Assembly (NCBI GenBank): GCA_033852175.1
Contig: JAWSUY010000001.1
Span: 463,408-527,407, forward strand
Origin: Agarilytica sp.
Lineage (GTDB): Bacteria; Pseudomonadota; Gammaproteobacteria; Pseudomonadales; Cellvibrionaceae
Direction: 5' to 3'
DNA length: 64,000 nt
The position numbers and the translations under genes were made by a program. Shown piece by piece: positions 1-8,818 of this stretch. Under the pieces are notes generated by a model, which had not been told where the DNA came from, did no database searches, and saw only the letters and a program-made list of their open reading frames with translations. Numbering within the stretch: the stretch's first letter is position 1; the number at the start of each line of letters is the position of its first letter.

Positions 1-1409
1 GTGTCCTTATAAGGGATAGCCGTCAACAACGCTTCAACGGGAAACGTATCGCCATTTTTACGTATATGCATCCATTCAAAACGGTTGCTGCCTTTCTTAA
101 ACGCCGCCTGTATGGCTTTGTTGGCCTTTTCCCGAGACAACTGACCATCCGGCTGTCGACGGGGCGAAAAATTCGATGGATGCGCCAAACACAACTCCTC
201 TTTAGAGCCATACCCCAACATATCCAATGCGGCTTGATTACAATCCACAAATGAATTTCCTTCGATTAATAAAATAGCATCCGCCGATTTATCAAACAGC
301 GTTTTATATCGGCGCTTACTCTCACCTAAACTTTCATCCCGCTCTTGCACCATCATCTCTAATTGCGCCTTGCTTTCGACCAAGCTTGCTTCAACAGCAC
401 GACGCTCTTTAATCTCCCCCTCTAAACGACCCAAAATATCACCCAAGTATCGACGTAAGATGCCACTGTAAAGCAAATAGAAAACACAGATAATGATGCC
501 CAAAACACACACAAAAAGGCCGAACTCCAAAACAACCCTTTTCTGCTGCCGAACCAATTCCGTTTCGTCGACGGCGTAAGCTAAACGCCCCACCAACTCT
601 CCTGAAAAATCCACGACAGGAACCTGCGAAACGAACAAACTTTTGTCCCGCTGGCGGACAAGTCGAGAACCTCGAAAAGTATAATCTTCAATAAATTTTC
701 GCAACTCAGGCAACACGGGTTTCATACTGCTGTAAACAATAAAAGGGCCGCCTTCGTTTACCTTATCCCGTTGAATCAAATTTGATTCAACGGAAAGTAC
801 AAGTCCGATATTGTTATTGTGCGCCAAGCGCTCAAGAATATGATCGATAGATTCGCCCACTTCAATGTAGCCAATAACCTCACCATTGACCCGCCATGGA
901 TACACCACCCTTAACATCACATCGCCATAAGAAGTAACCTCTATACCTGCCACGGTATCTTTGCTATTCAAAGCTTCTAGAAATGTTTTACGCCGAATCA
1001 AATCGCCATACTGACTGGGCTGATGCATACGCAAAATAACCCGACCTTCAACATCGGTAAAATAGAATAGTGTCGCATTGTGGTGCTCATTCAGCTCGGA
1101 AAACACCTCCCGCACCTGTTCTTGCAGAGCCTCACGATCACCCGCAAGAAAAGCCGGCGCCAGATCAATATTATGTTCAAAGGAATAAACTAAACCCTCT
1201 AAATACTTCGCTTCCACAGACAGCGCATTGATGAAGTTTTTGCTCACCCGAGCATCGTAAGATTGCCCCAGAGTCGCCATATCCTCCTCTTGCTGCCGAT
1301 CCATCGCCCAAACAATCGCCCAAACAATCGCCACCAGAATAATCCCAATTGAGAGTACAAAAGGCATTACCAGATATGTGCGAACGTTCTTTAAAGGCGC
1401 ACTATTCAT
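1..1409 (-). CDS. Sensor-domain signalling protein (periplasmic Cache-like region, TM, coiled coil, PAS); C-terminal output domain lies beyond window start (partial)
   Basis: Minus-strand ORF starting ATG at 1409 (MNSAPLKNVRTYLVMPFVLSIGIIL...) and open to position 1. N-terminal TM, ~270-aa extracytoplasmic region, second TM (LEFGLFVCVLGIIICVFYLL), then a PAS-like segment (YKTLFDKSADAILLIEGNSFVDCNQAALDMLGY). Not in the ORF track because it lacks an in-window stop. Confidence 0.6.
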   Translation of the reverse strand, partial: MNSAPLKNVRTYLVMPFVLSIGIILVAIVWAIVWAMDRQQEEDMATLGQSYDARVSKNFINALSVEAKYLEGLVYSFEHNIDLAPAFLAGDREALQEQVREVFSELNEHHNATLFYFTDVEGRVILRMHQPSQYGDLIRRKTFLEALNSKDTVAGIEVTSYGDVMLRVVYPWRVNGEVIGYIEVGESIDHILERLAHNNNIGLVLSVESNLIQRDKVNEGGPFIVYSSMKPVLPELRKFIEDYTFRGSRLVRQRDKSLFVSQVPVVDFSGELVGRLAYAVDETELVRQQKRVVLEFGLFVCVLGIIICVFYLLYSGILRRYLGDILGRLEGEIKERRAVEASLVESKAQLEMMVQERDESLGESKRRYKTLFDKSADAILLIEGNSFVDCNQAALDMLGYGSKEELCLAHPSNFSPRRQPDGQLSREKANKAIQAAFKKGSNRFEWMHIRKNGDTFPVEALLTAIPYKD

Positions 1410-1692
1410 AACCAACCTCAAATCAAAAGCGGTATCTTTCTACTCTCACGGTGCGCCCAATAATCGCAAAAAATTCGGCAGGCACACGCGAATGCCCCGG
1501 AGCATAGCGAGCCTGTTTAAGTATAGTTGTATATGAGTAAATTCTGACCGAAAATTGGCTTTGAACACCCGCCAGACCGCCTAGACAGTTGAATGTTGTG
1601 CCTGTATCATGGCCGCCTTCTCAGCTATGAGACAGATGTATTGGGTAAGTAAACCCCTTACAGATGCATGCTTAGCGAGTAAACCAGCCTAC

Positions 1693-1769
1693 GCACCCGT
1701 AGCTCAGCTGGATAGAGTAGGTGGCTTCGAACCACTTGGTCGGGGGTTCGAATCCCTCCGGGTGCGCCA
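1693..1769 (+). tRNA. tRNA-Arg, anticodon TCG (UCG)
   Basis: 77-nt cloverleaf: acceptor GCACCCG/CGGGTGC, D-arm GCTC-AGCTGGATA-GAGT, anticodon stem GGTGG/CCACT with loop CTTCGAA, T-arm GGGGG-TTCGAAT-CCCTC, discriminator G, encoded CCA. Near-identical to E. coli tRNA-Arg(ACG) apart from the anticodon. Confidence 0.85.
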
Positions 1770-1779
1770 ATACCGAAAA

Positions 1780-1805
1780 CCTCGCCGAACGGCGGGGTTT
1801 TTTTA
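1780..1805 (+). terminator. Rho-independent terminator of the tRNA gene
   Basis: CCTCGCCG-AA-CGGCGGGG hairpin followed by TTTTTTT. Confidence 0.6.
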
Positions 1806-1956
1806 TGCGTGGCGCGCCAGACTTCATTCTATATTTTCGCCATTTCACGACATGTACCCAAGCCAACAAACTGCTACCATCTAGCCCTGAAGGCTAATAA
1901 GTTCGAACACATCCATAACATCAGCACCTTCGGCAAACTCAAGGAATTAGACAACC

Positions 1957-2292
1957 ATGTACAGTTTCAAAGTGAGGCCCGGTTACAATTCATCCGCAAT
2001 GCTCATCGACTTTTCTTTAGATGAGGCCGATGACGTTTTTTTCGGTACATTATATGGAGCGCTTCAAGGGATAAATCCGTCGAAAGTTGATTTGAAAGAG
2101 CTGTGGGTAGAAGAGAATGTCACACTTCAATGCAACAGTGATTTGGGCGAATTTGAAATAGTCAGCGACATATATGACTTGGTTTTTATAACAGCAAATG
2201 ACAACCAAAACATCATTCAGAAAATCGAAGAATTGCTCTCCAACCATCACGCGTTTACAAAGCAAAAATATGACGCGAGAGTGTATAACTGA
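1957..2292 (+). CDS. Hypothetical protein (111 aa), possibly the first cassette-like ORF
   Basis: ORF with no recognisable motifs; followed by a weak attC-like imperfect palindrome (2297-2441). Confidence 0.35.
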   Translation: MYSFKVRPGYNSSAMLIDFSLDEADDVFFGTLYGALQGINPSKVDLKELWVEENVTLQCNSDLGEFEIVSDIYDLVFITANDNQNIIQKIEELLSNHHAFTKQKYDARVYN

Positions 2293-2296
2293 GGGG

Positions 2297-2441
2297 ATAT
2301 AACTAAGAGTAAAGCTCTATCTATTACTGACTTTATTTTACCTGGCCAATACAGCGAACAAAGATCACCGCTATAAAGAACATAAAGAAAATACTACCTG
2401 AATACTGAACGAGCTGAACGACATCCATATTCGTTAGTTGA
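2297..2441. repeat. Candidate attC-like site (weak)
   Basis: 5' arm ATAACTAAG and 3' arm CGTTAGTTGAC are partially complementary (AACTAAG versus reverse complement AACTAACG). Confidence 0.3.
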
Positions 2442-2444
2442 CAA

Positions 2445-3067
2445 TGCAAGTGAAAATCGAATTGAAAATAATGTAAAGAAACAAGCTGTCATACCTCTGG
2501 TACCAAAAGTTGTATTCTCACGCTGAGACCTATGCAACAAAAAAAGGAAGCGAACAACACTGCAAACTTACGGTCCGCTCCCGGTCGCGGCCCCCTTTCA
2601 TGTTTGCTATTTTTATAGCTGTATTTTCTTATATTGCTTCTGGGCTATTTAGTCGAGAGCCTGAAATAAACCAATAGGGACCGCTGTGAGCTTAAAGGGG
2701 AAGTCCAAGTAAATGGCCTTGTGACTTCAAATCGTATACTTAACCCTTTCTAAGCTGCTCTCGCCAACAAGATTCACGTGCGGTCCTTCAGAAGAGCAAA
2801 CAAACGCGATCAAAAAACGAACTGGCCCGGCGCGTTATCCTGAGGGTTTGGCACAAATACGTAATCTATTGTTTAAAATCATAGAGTTAGGCCGCTCTCC
2901 ATATCTGGCGATAAGAGGCGCTAGGGCGGCATTTCCCAGACTGGGAATTTGCTTAAATGGTGTAAAGTCAGTTACTGTGGGGGTTACAGGGCGATGCTGT
3001 TTTTGAATTTAAAAAATAGCCGCGCCAGGGAAATCGCGCACTAGGGCGCGATATACAACTGTTAGCC
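2445..3067. other. ORF-less stretch with orphan integron core sites (GTTAGGC at 2886-2892, GTTAGCC at 3061-3067); degenerate/empty cassettes or attI remnant
   Basis: About 620 bp without an ORF over 30 aa on either strand. It contains a canonical R' core GTTAGGC and a second GTTAGCC 18 nt before the GTG start of the 3079 ORF. Confidence 0.3.
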
Positions 3068-3078
3068 GGGAGAATATA

Positions 3079-3516
3079 GTGAACGAAAAAAATGATTCAT
3101 TTCTTGATATAACCGAAGAGAAAACTTCTAAGTTTTGGAAGATTGTGGGGCTTGTTGTTATAGGGTTAATTATTTTATCAAGAATGGACGTATTCGACTC
3201 TGAGTTGAAAAAAGGGTTTGACTATACGATATCCGCTGAGCGTTTGAATGTTAGTTCTTCCGAAGACCTAGTTGCAATATTAAGTGAGTACGCAATAGAT
3301 AGGGAAGTCTTATCAAGCGAGCTAGGAAAAATAGATGTTTCAATGGAAGAGTTTGAAAATAATGTATCAATAGAAATGTTGGCTGATTCAGATCAAAATG
3401 GGTTTAAGGGGCTTTATGTAGAGCTTAGATCGAGCTACGACCCAAATATGATGAAGTCCGTATATGACTTTATTCTCTCAGATATTGAAGTTTTCGTATT
3501 GTCTAAGTCTAGCTAA
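3079..3516 (+). CDS. Hypothetical cassette protein with N-terminal TM helix
   Basis: GTG start 12 nt after GTTAGCC; hydrophobic segment WKIVGLVVIGLIILS; stop TAA embedded in AGCTAAC (attC R''). Confidence 0.5.
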   Translation: MNEKNDSFLDITEEKTSKFWKIVGLVVIGLIILSRMDVFDSELKKGFDYTISAERLNVSSSEDLVAILSEYAIDREVLSSELGKIDVSMEEFENNVSIEMLADSDQNGFKGLYVELRSSYDPNMMKSVYDFILSDIEVFVLSKSS

Positions 3517-3613
3517 CAAAGCTATTTTGCCTCGTTCGCTTTGCTCACTGGACAAATTTTCCGTGGCTGCGCCACTAAAAGAAAAAATTTGCCGCAAATA
3601 AGCGGCGTTAGAA
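3511..3613. repeat. attC site (cassette recombination site)
   Basis: 5' AGCTAACAAAGCTATTTTGCC pairs imperfectly with 3' GGCAAATAAGCGGCGTTAGAA, with bulged bases; internal GTGGCTGCGCCAC hairpin; R' GTTAGAA at 3607-3613, 20 nt before ATG 3634. Confidence 0.55.
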
Positions 3614-3633
3614 TTTAAACTAAAGGAGTAACG

Positions 3634-4104
3634 ATGGATCAGTTTAAAACTCTAGAAAACCTAAGAGATTACATAAAAGAAATAAAAGGTTTTTATTCTC
3701 GACCAACAACGAGAGGAGAGCATTCTACTCTGTACCTTGATCAAAACGACGGAGAGACAATACACGGAATTAGACGGCGAGACTATCTGTTTTCACCTTG
3801 CGGAAAGTTCGTTTTGCCAAGCGAAAATATGGGACTGTCATTTTCCGCTCATTGGCAACACCTTAAAAACATCTATCGCCTAAAATCGTCAAGAAATGGG
3901 GGAAAGCCTGTTGATGTTTGCTGGGCTCTAGAAGATGCAAATTTGCCTCAGGGGTTAAAATTTGTTGTAGATAAGGCTGACAAAAAAAATAGGCATTTCT
4001 TTCTAGCGGTTACCGAAAAAATGCATGTATCTCAGTTGGTTAGCAAACTTAAGTGGGTTGCTGATAGAATGGCTGTAATAAAGGATGCGACTAAAGCCTT
4101 ATGA
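3634..4104 (+). CDS. Hypothetical protein (156 aa, basic); first gene of a two-gene cassette
   Basis: RBS AAGGAG 8 nt upstream; overlaps next ORF by ATGA; no recognised domain. Confidence 0.5.
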   Translation: MDQFKTLENLRDYIKEIKGFYSRPTTRGEHSTLYLDQNDGETIHGIRRRDYLFSPCGKFVLPSENMGLSFSAHWQHLKNIYRLKSSRNGGKPVDVCWALEDANLPQGLKFVVDKADKKNRHFFLAVTEKMHVSQLVSKLKWVADRMAVIKDATKAL

Positions 4105-4391
4105 TTAAATTTAGACAAAAAGAAGAAAAAGATATCTCTCTTTTCTATGCCAGAAAACTTGGCAATGAGGTGGCCGCGTCAATCATTGAGAGTGGTGAGG
4201 TAGCTAATTCAAGCGAGGCTGTTACTTTGGCCCGATTTTACTGGTCTATGGTGGCAGAAACCGTCAAGGAGAAAAATGCCGGTATAGATCATGGTTTCGG
4301 AGATATGGATATGTGGCTCGAATATATTTGTAATGCATTTTTCTTCTATTTATCAAATAATGGGTATGAAGAAGAATGGGAATCCCAATAA
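4101..4391 (+). CDS. Hypothetical acidic protein (96 aa); second gene of the two-gene cassette
   Basis: Start overlaps stop of upstream ORF (ATGA); acidic C-terminus (YEEEWESQ); followed by attC-like repeat. Confidence 0.45.
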   Translation: MIKFRQKEEKDISLFYARKLGNEVAASIIESGEVANSSEAVTLARFYWSMVAETVKEKNAGIDHGFGDMDMWLEYICNAFFFYLSNNGYEEEWESQ

Positions 4392-4466
4392 TTCTGACCA
4401 TGCCATCATTGTTCGCCCTTCGGGCTGGACCGCTCTTCGTTCGGCCCAACATGGCGGGCGTTAGCA
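4392..4466. repeat. attC-like site
   Basis: Ends ...CATGGCGGGCGTTAGCA with R' GTTAGCA at 4460-4466, followed by ACAAGGAG RBS and TTG/ATG start; internal GCCCTTCGGGC hairpin. Confidence 0.45.
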
Positions 4467-4484
4467 CAACAAGGAGAATGAACT

Positions 4485-5120
4485 TTGAACCAGGCAGCTT
4501 CAAGATATCTATATTTTTCAGGATTACTTATTCCTTTCTGGCTTGCTATAGGTGTAATTATTGCTGGGAATCTTTATCCAGGTTACAGCCACCTTAATTA
4601 TGCAATGAGTCAGCTCGGGGCCGTCGGGTCACCAACACAGTTCATATCACCTGCTATCAATAATTATCCGCTTGGGATACTCTTCATTGTATTTGGTGTA
4701 TCCGTATATCGATCATTTTCGGATGCCAAGCTTGCAAAATTAACGGGCATATTGCTAGTGTTTCACGGAATAGGAAGTATTAGTGCGGGCTACTTTCCGT
4801 GTGACGCTGGGTGCAACCCGGAAGTACCATCTCTTAGTCAAAATCTTCACAACTTATCCGGTTTGGTAATGGCGCTTACCCTTTTAACCGCGAGCGCTCT
4901 CTGGGTGTACTTGTCAATTAACTTGGTGAATTTGAAATGGTTTTCCATGTTTTCCTTAATCTGCACTTTAGTTGCGCTAGTGGTAATTCCTTCTATGGCT
5001 TCAGCAATGGACGGTGGCGGAGGGTTTGGTCTATATCAACGCATTAATTATGGAGCTTCTGTAATTTGGGTAGCTACTTTAGCGGTGGTTCTTTATCATT
5101 ACGCTAGTAAAAAGTGCTAA
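4485..5120 (+). CDS. Polytopic membrane protein (about 6 TM), hypothetical
   Basis: Several hydrophobic helices (LLIPFWLAIGVIIAG, GILFIVFGVSVY, LVMALTLLTASALWVYL, LICTLVALVVIPSM...); stop TAA inside GTGCTAAC. Confidence 0.55.
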   Translation: MNQAASRYLYFSGLLIPFWLAIGVIIAGNLYPGYSHLNYAMSQLGAVGSPTQFISPAINNYPLGILFIVFGVSVYRSFSDAKLAKLTGILLVFHGIGSISAGYFPCDAGCNPEVPSLSQNLHNLSGLVMALTLLTASALWVYLSINLVNLKWFSMFSLICTLVALVVIPSMASAMDGGGGFGLYQRINYGASVIWVATLAVVLYHYASKKC

Positions 5121-5231
5121 CAAATTTCTCCTGCTGAAACCAAAAGCTACGAGATTTTTGTACTTTTCGTTCCGCTCAAACATAGCACAAAAACCGCTCC
5201 GCTTTCGTTTCAGAAGCGCAGGGCGTTAGCG
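5114..5231. repeat. attC site
   Basis: 5' GCTAAC...CCTGC-TGAAAC pairs with 3' GTTTCAGAAGCGCAGG-GCGTTAGC, with a 4-nt extrahelical bulge; R' GTTAGCG at 5225-5231; then ACAAGGAG RBS and TTG 5248. Confidence 0.55.
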
Positions 5232-5247
5232 TCACAAGGAGTTTAAG

Positions 5248-5736
5248 TTGGAATTTTTTTATAGTAGTTGGATTGGTGGAATACACTCATTTACAGCAGT
5301 CCTAGCTCTCTTGTTTGGAGCTGTAGTTGTTACATCTAAAAAGGGCACGGGAAAGCATAAAAAAATCGGGTACGCCTATGTAGTTGCCATGGTAGTCCTA
5401 AATATTTCTGCGATTCCTCTGAATGGCTTATTTGGAGGTGCTGGTTGGTTTCACCTATTCATACTCATGAGCTTGCCATACATTTTAATTGGGCTGTACT
5501 TTCCCATATTTAGACGGAGTGATCCAAATTGGAAAATTCGACATCTAGAAATGATGTCTTATAGTTATGTAGGTCTTCTTGCAGCTTTTGTTGCCGAGCT
5601 ATTTATTCGAGTTCCGCTATATTCAGGGGTGAACAATCTTAGTATTTATATCATGGGTATTTTTGTCGTGTCAGGAGTTATGGGTGGAATTGGATTCGCT
5701 ATAATACAAAAAACAAAACGTAGTGTTCAGCGCTAA
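5248..5736 (+). CDS. Membrane protein (4-5 TM), hypothetical
   Basis: Hydrophobic segments throughout; stop region CGCTAACAAG resembles R''. Confidence 0.5.
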   Translation: MEFFYSSWIGGIHSFTAVLALLFGAVVVTSKKGTGKHKKIGYAYVVAMVVLNISAIPLNGLFGGAGWFHLFILMSLPYILIGLYFPIFRRSDPNWKIRHLEMMSYSYVGLLAAFVAELFIRVPLYSGVNNLSIYIMGIFVVSGVMGGIGFAIIQKTKRSVQR

Positions 5737-5774
5737 CAAGTACAGTTGCCACGTAGCAAGAGAATCGATTTAGA

Positions 5775-6500
5775 ATGTACACATTTTCTGGTTTTTTTGT
5801 AAAGGGTAAAGTTGTCGAAGTTGAGAAAGACCATTGCATTGTCCGAAGAATTTCAGACCCATTTGTCGGTAGTGGAGTAAATGCACCCGAGCTGGTTTCA
5901 TCCCATTTAAGTGAGAAAGAAATACGGTGTCTGGCCGCAGATGTCGGAATTGATAAAACAGATCACTGGATGTGTATTGTCTATACATGCTGGGCAGGCC
6001 GAGTCGACTTAGTATTTGGCTATGTTAATAAACCATCTGAATCATATGGGCCTGTGTCAGGAGAGGAAGAAGATGGGGAGCAGGTTTTGGCTAATCTATT
6101 TCGAGAATTTGGCTTATCTGAAAAGCACACGGAATCATTTACACCATTTGAACGAGATTTTTGGGGTGAGTACAAGCTTGGCAAGCGGGACAGCTTCAGA
6201 CACGGCTCCTCCGCAAAGCCACCCCTTCCAAAGGCGCTAGCCTTCAAAAATAGTAACCCTATGGAAGGCGAAGAAGTAAGTGTGAATAAAATACCAGGGC
6301 GCATCATTGTCTTGGGTGTAGCATTGTTTATATTTGCATTGCTATTTGGATTTTTGTCTATGATTCCGGAGGTACAGGATTATGAAAAAGCGCTAATGCA
6401 GATCGCCAAATTTTGTTCAATTGGCTCTGGGATTGGATTTGTACTGGGCATTATTACAAATCTTACGGCGAAAAATACACCAGGAGAACGAAGGAAATGA
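5775..6500 (+). CDS. Hypothetical protein with C-terminal TM helices (start uncertain)
   Basis: ORF start sits only 1 nt after a TTTAGAA R'-like core, so the true start may lie downstream; C-terminal hydrophobic region RIIVLGVALFIFALLFGFLSMIP. Confidence 0.4.
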   Translation: MYTFSGFFVKGKVVEVEKDHCIVRRISDPFVGSGVNAPELVSSHLSEKEIRCLAADVGIDKTDHWMCIVYTCWAGRVDLVFGYVNKPSESYGPVSGEEEDGEQVLANLFREFGLSEKHTESFTPFERDFWGEYKLGKRDSFRHGSSAKPPLPKALAFKNSNPMEGEEVSVNKIPGRIIVLGVALFIFALLFGFLSMIPEVQDYEKALMQIAKFCSIGSGIGFVLGIITNLTAKNTPGERRK

Positions 6501-6614
6501 ATTTAAAAATCAAGAGGTCAAGGCAATTGAAGTTGGTGTTTGATATCGTTCAAAAAACTAAAATCGATTACTCTGACCCTTTGATTCGCGGCCTTACAAA
6601 TCGTAGGAGAGAAG

Positions 6615-7058
6615 ATGTCTATTGAGAAAATGAATGGCCTGGAAGTGATGCAGGGAATTGTGAATGGTGACATTCCTCACCCTAAAATGGCAGAAACGAT
6701 CCCAATGAAAGTTCTTTCAGCAAGCGAAGGCCGTGTTATGTTTGAAGTAATTGCAGATGACAGGCATACAAATCCTCTCGGGGGTATTCATGGAGGATTC
6801 GCTGCTACCGTTATGGATTCAGTTACGGGGTGTGCCGTTCATACCATGCTTAGTGCCGGTCAAGGATATGGAACAATAGAGCTCAATGTAAAGATGCTAA
6901 AGCCTGTTCCTAAGGATACAATCTTGAAAGCCGAAGGCTCTGTAATCAGCATGTCAAAATCACTTGGCGTTTCTGAGGGGAGGCTAACTGACGATAATGG
7001 TAAGGTATTGGCATATGCCTCCGCAACCTGCATGTTAATGGGGCCGCGAAATTTATAA
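6615..7058 (+). CDS. PaaI/4HBT-family hotdog-fold thioesterase
   Basis: Motif NPLGGIHGGFAATVMDSVTGCAVHT, typical of PaaI-family thioesterases; 147 aa. Confidence 0.75.
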   Translation: MSIEKMNGLEVMQGIVNGDIPHPKMAETIPMKVLSASEGRVMFEVIADDRHTNPLGGIHGGFAATVMDSVTGCAVHTMLSAGQGYGTIELNVKMLKPVPKDTILKAEGSVISMSKSLGVSEGRLTDDNGKVLAYASATCMLMGPRNL

Positions 7059-7103
7059 AAAGACAGTGCAATTTATCACGTAGTTGATGACGGCGTTAAT
7101 AAC

Positions 7104-7481
7104 ATGAAAGAAATCATGAAATATTTAATTACTATTGCTATCTTGCTTATTATTTTTTCGTGTTCAAATCAAGATACCAAAAAGAATATTAGCAAGAACA
7201 AGAATGACTCACTGCTGGCTGGCGAAATCGTCGATATAGATGAGAAAAAGGTGGTGCTATCTGAAAAAAATGAACAGTACTGTATTGTTGGCTACACCGT
7301 AACGAAAGAGGGCTTTACCAAAGATGTTAAAACGGTAGATTGTCCGAGTGATATTTTTATATCAGCATCTATCAATGCTGCTAAAAAATTCAAATTCAAA
7401 CCAAAAAAAGTTGACGGCGAAGCAGTTGAAGTAAAAGGTGTAACTAATAGGTTTACTTTTACCGTACAAGAAGACAACTAA
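7104..7481 (+). CDS. Lipoprotein with TonB C-terminal-like domain (alternative start 7116)
   Basis: Signal peptide plus lipobox (IFSCSN); C-terminal segment INAAKKFKFKPKKVDGEAVEV resembles the TonB_C fold consensus; R'-like GTTAATA at 7094-7100. Confidence 0.5.
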   Translation: MKEIMKYLITIAILLIIFSCSNQDTKKNISKNKNDSLLAGEIVDIDEKKVVLSEKNEQYCIVGYTVTKEGFTKDVKTVDCPSDIFISASINAAKKFKFKPKKVDGEAVEVKGVTNRFTFTVQEDN

Positions 7482-7570
7482 CCAGTATGTTTTTCGGACA
7501 CTTTTAAGTTGCTTAAAGAAAAACAACTTAAAGACCGCTGTAAATACAGACGCTAAATCCAAGGAACCTC

Positions 7571-8077
7571 ATGAAAGCACATCACTACCTAAGTATTATT
7601 GTAAGACTATTTTCAGTTTTTTTATTTCTATACGCGCTGGGTCAAACTGGTTTAATTGTCGAAGCCGCGTTACACGGGACTATCAAGGGCATTGTTGTTT
7701 CAGCTTGGCTACCTGCTTTTTTAAGTATTCCTTGGTTGGTGGTCTCTGCGATACTCTGGTTTTTTCCTATGTCGATCGCAAAAAAAATAGTGCCTCTAGA
7801 AAGCGACACAACGCCATCAAACTTGTCTCCAATATCAATTTTGGCTGTTCTTCTGACGGCCATGAGCGTGTACTTTTTATACTACGCAGTAGTTGATACG
7901 TTATATTGGATTACGTTCTGGAATATGCTGCAACATTCCAGTAATGGAGGGTATCCCATTGAGCTGAACCCTGAGAACAAGGCAACTATGTACTCTAACG
8001 CTCTGGAACTTTTCTCTGCGTTGGTTATATTGTTCAATTCAAAAAGGATTGCGGCGAGGCTTCATTCTGTTGGATGA
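7571..8077 (+). CDS. Membrane protein (4 TM), hypothetical
   Basis: Hydrophobic helices (IIVRLFSVFLFLYALG, VVSAWLPAFLSIPWLVVSAILWFF, ISILAVLLTAMSVYFLYYAV). Confidence 0.5.
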   Translation: MKAHHYLSIIVRLFSVFLFLYALGQTGLIVEAALHGTIKGIVVSAWLPAFLSIPWLVVSAILWFFPMSIAKKIVPLESDTTPSNLSPISILAVLLTAMSVYFLYYAVVDTLYWITFWNMLQHSSNGGYPIELNPENKATMYSNALELFSALVILFNSKRIAARLHSVG

Positions 8078-8187
8078 TGAGTCTTTGATAATGCGCGAAA
8101 GCACCATACAACAACCTGCATTTGACTCGCTGCCGCTCAGCGTTATGTTCTCCTTAGACTTTACGTTGTTGAGAGGGAAATCTACCT

Positions 8188-8577
8188 TTGATTTGGTCTA
8201 GTAGCTTTAAGCAGTTTTTTATGGGGCTTGGCGTAGCTTGTCTGATGATATCCTTTGGTATCTATTTACTAGACCCAAACGATCGTGGAATTACGCCAAG
8301 CTCCGGGGAATTTTCTCAAAGTGAAGCAGCACTTATAATGGCTGTAATGGGGCTGCTCCTAATTTTTATTTACTACATTGGAGCGTGGGTGCTTAAGTCT
8401 AACTACCGTGAAGAAAATTCGAGAGACAGGTCTGGCGACAACTGGTGTGTCAAAACACTACACGTGCGTCTTAGATCAGCCACTGCGTGGCTTGAAGGTT
8501 TTTCACGGCGCGTGCTTTGCGCTGAACCACAGCCCCTTAACACTGCTTTTAACATGCATATAACACCCAGTCTTTGA
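8188..8577 (+). CDS. Hypothetical protein with 2 N-terminal TM helices (TTG start; ATG 8221 alternative)
   Basis: ORF follows a GTTATGT R'-like core (8141-8147); in-frame stop at 8170 bounds the start. Confidence 0.35.
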   Translation: MIWSSSFKQFFMGLGVACLMISFGIYLLDPNDRGITPSSGEFSQSEAALIMAVMGLLLIFIYYIGAWVLKSNYREENSRDRSGDNWCVKTLHVRLRSATAWLEGFSRRVLCAEPQPLNTAFNMHITPSL

Positions 8578-8818
8578 AAATTTTTGAGTAATGAATTACA
8601 GATCCAACACTTTTACGAAATTTTCTACTTTTAATTCGAAGGTGTACTATTTTGAGACATAATCAAGAAAATAATAGCGATAAATCCGGTATGATTAGCT
8701 TGGATTGTTACAAATACTACTTGCTATAGGGATATTTCTTTGTAGATATCAACGTCTGTAGGCCGCAAAGGAAAACCGCCTGACAATATACTGAGCTAGT
8801 AGTGTTTGAACAAATTTA

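Noticed and set aside
1609-1884. 91-aa plus-strand and 65-aa minus-strand ORFs overlapping the tRNA-Arg gene
   Set aside because: They span a canonical tRNA and its terminator, so they are spurious.
3500-5250. Possible CRISPR array, because of the recurring GGCGTTAG-containing repeats
   Set aside because: The repeats are imperfect palindromes of unequal length (75-118 bp), separated by whole ORFs rather than 30-40-bp spacers, and have no identical direct-repeat units. The pattern fits attC sites, not CRISPR.
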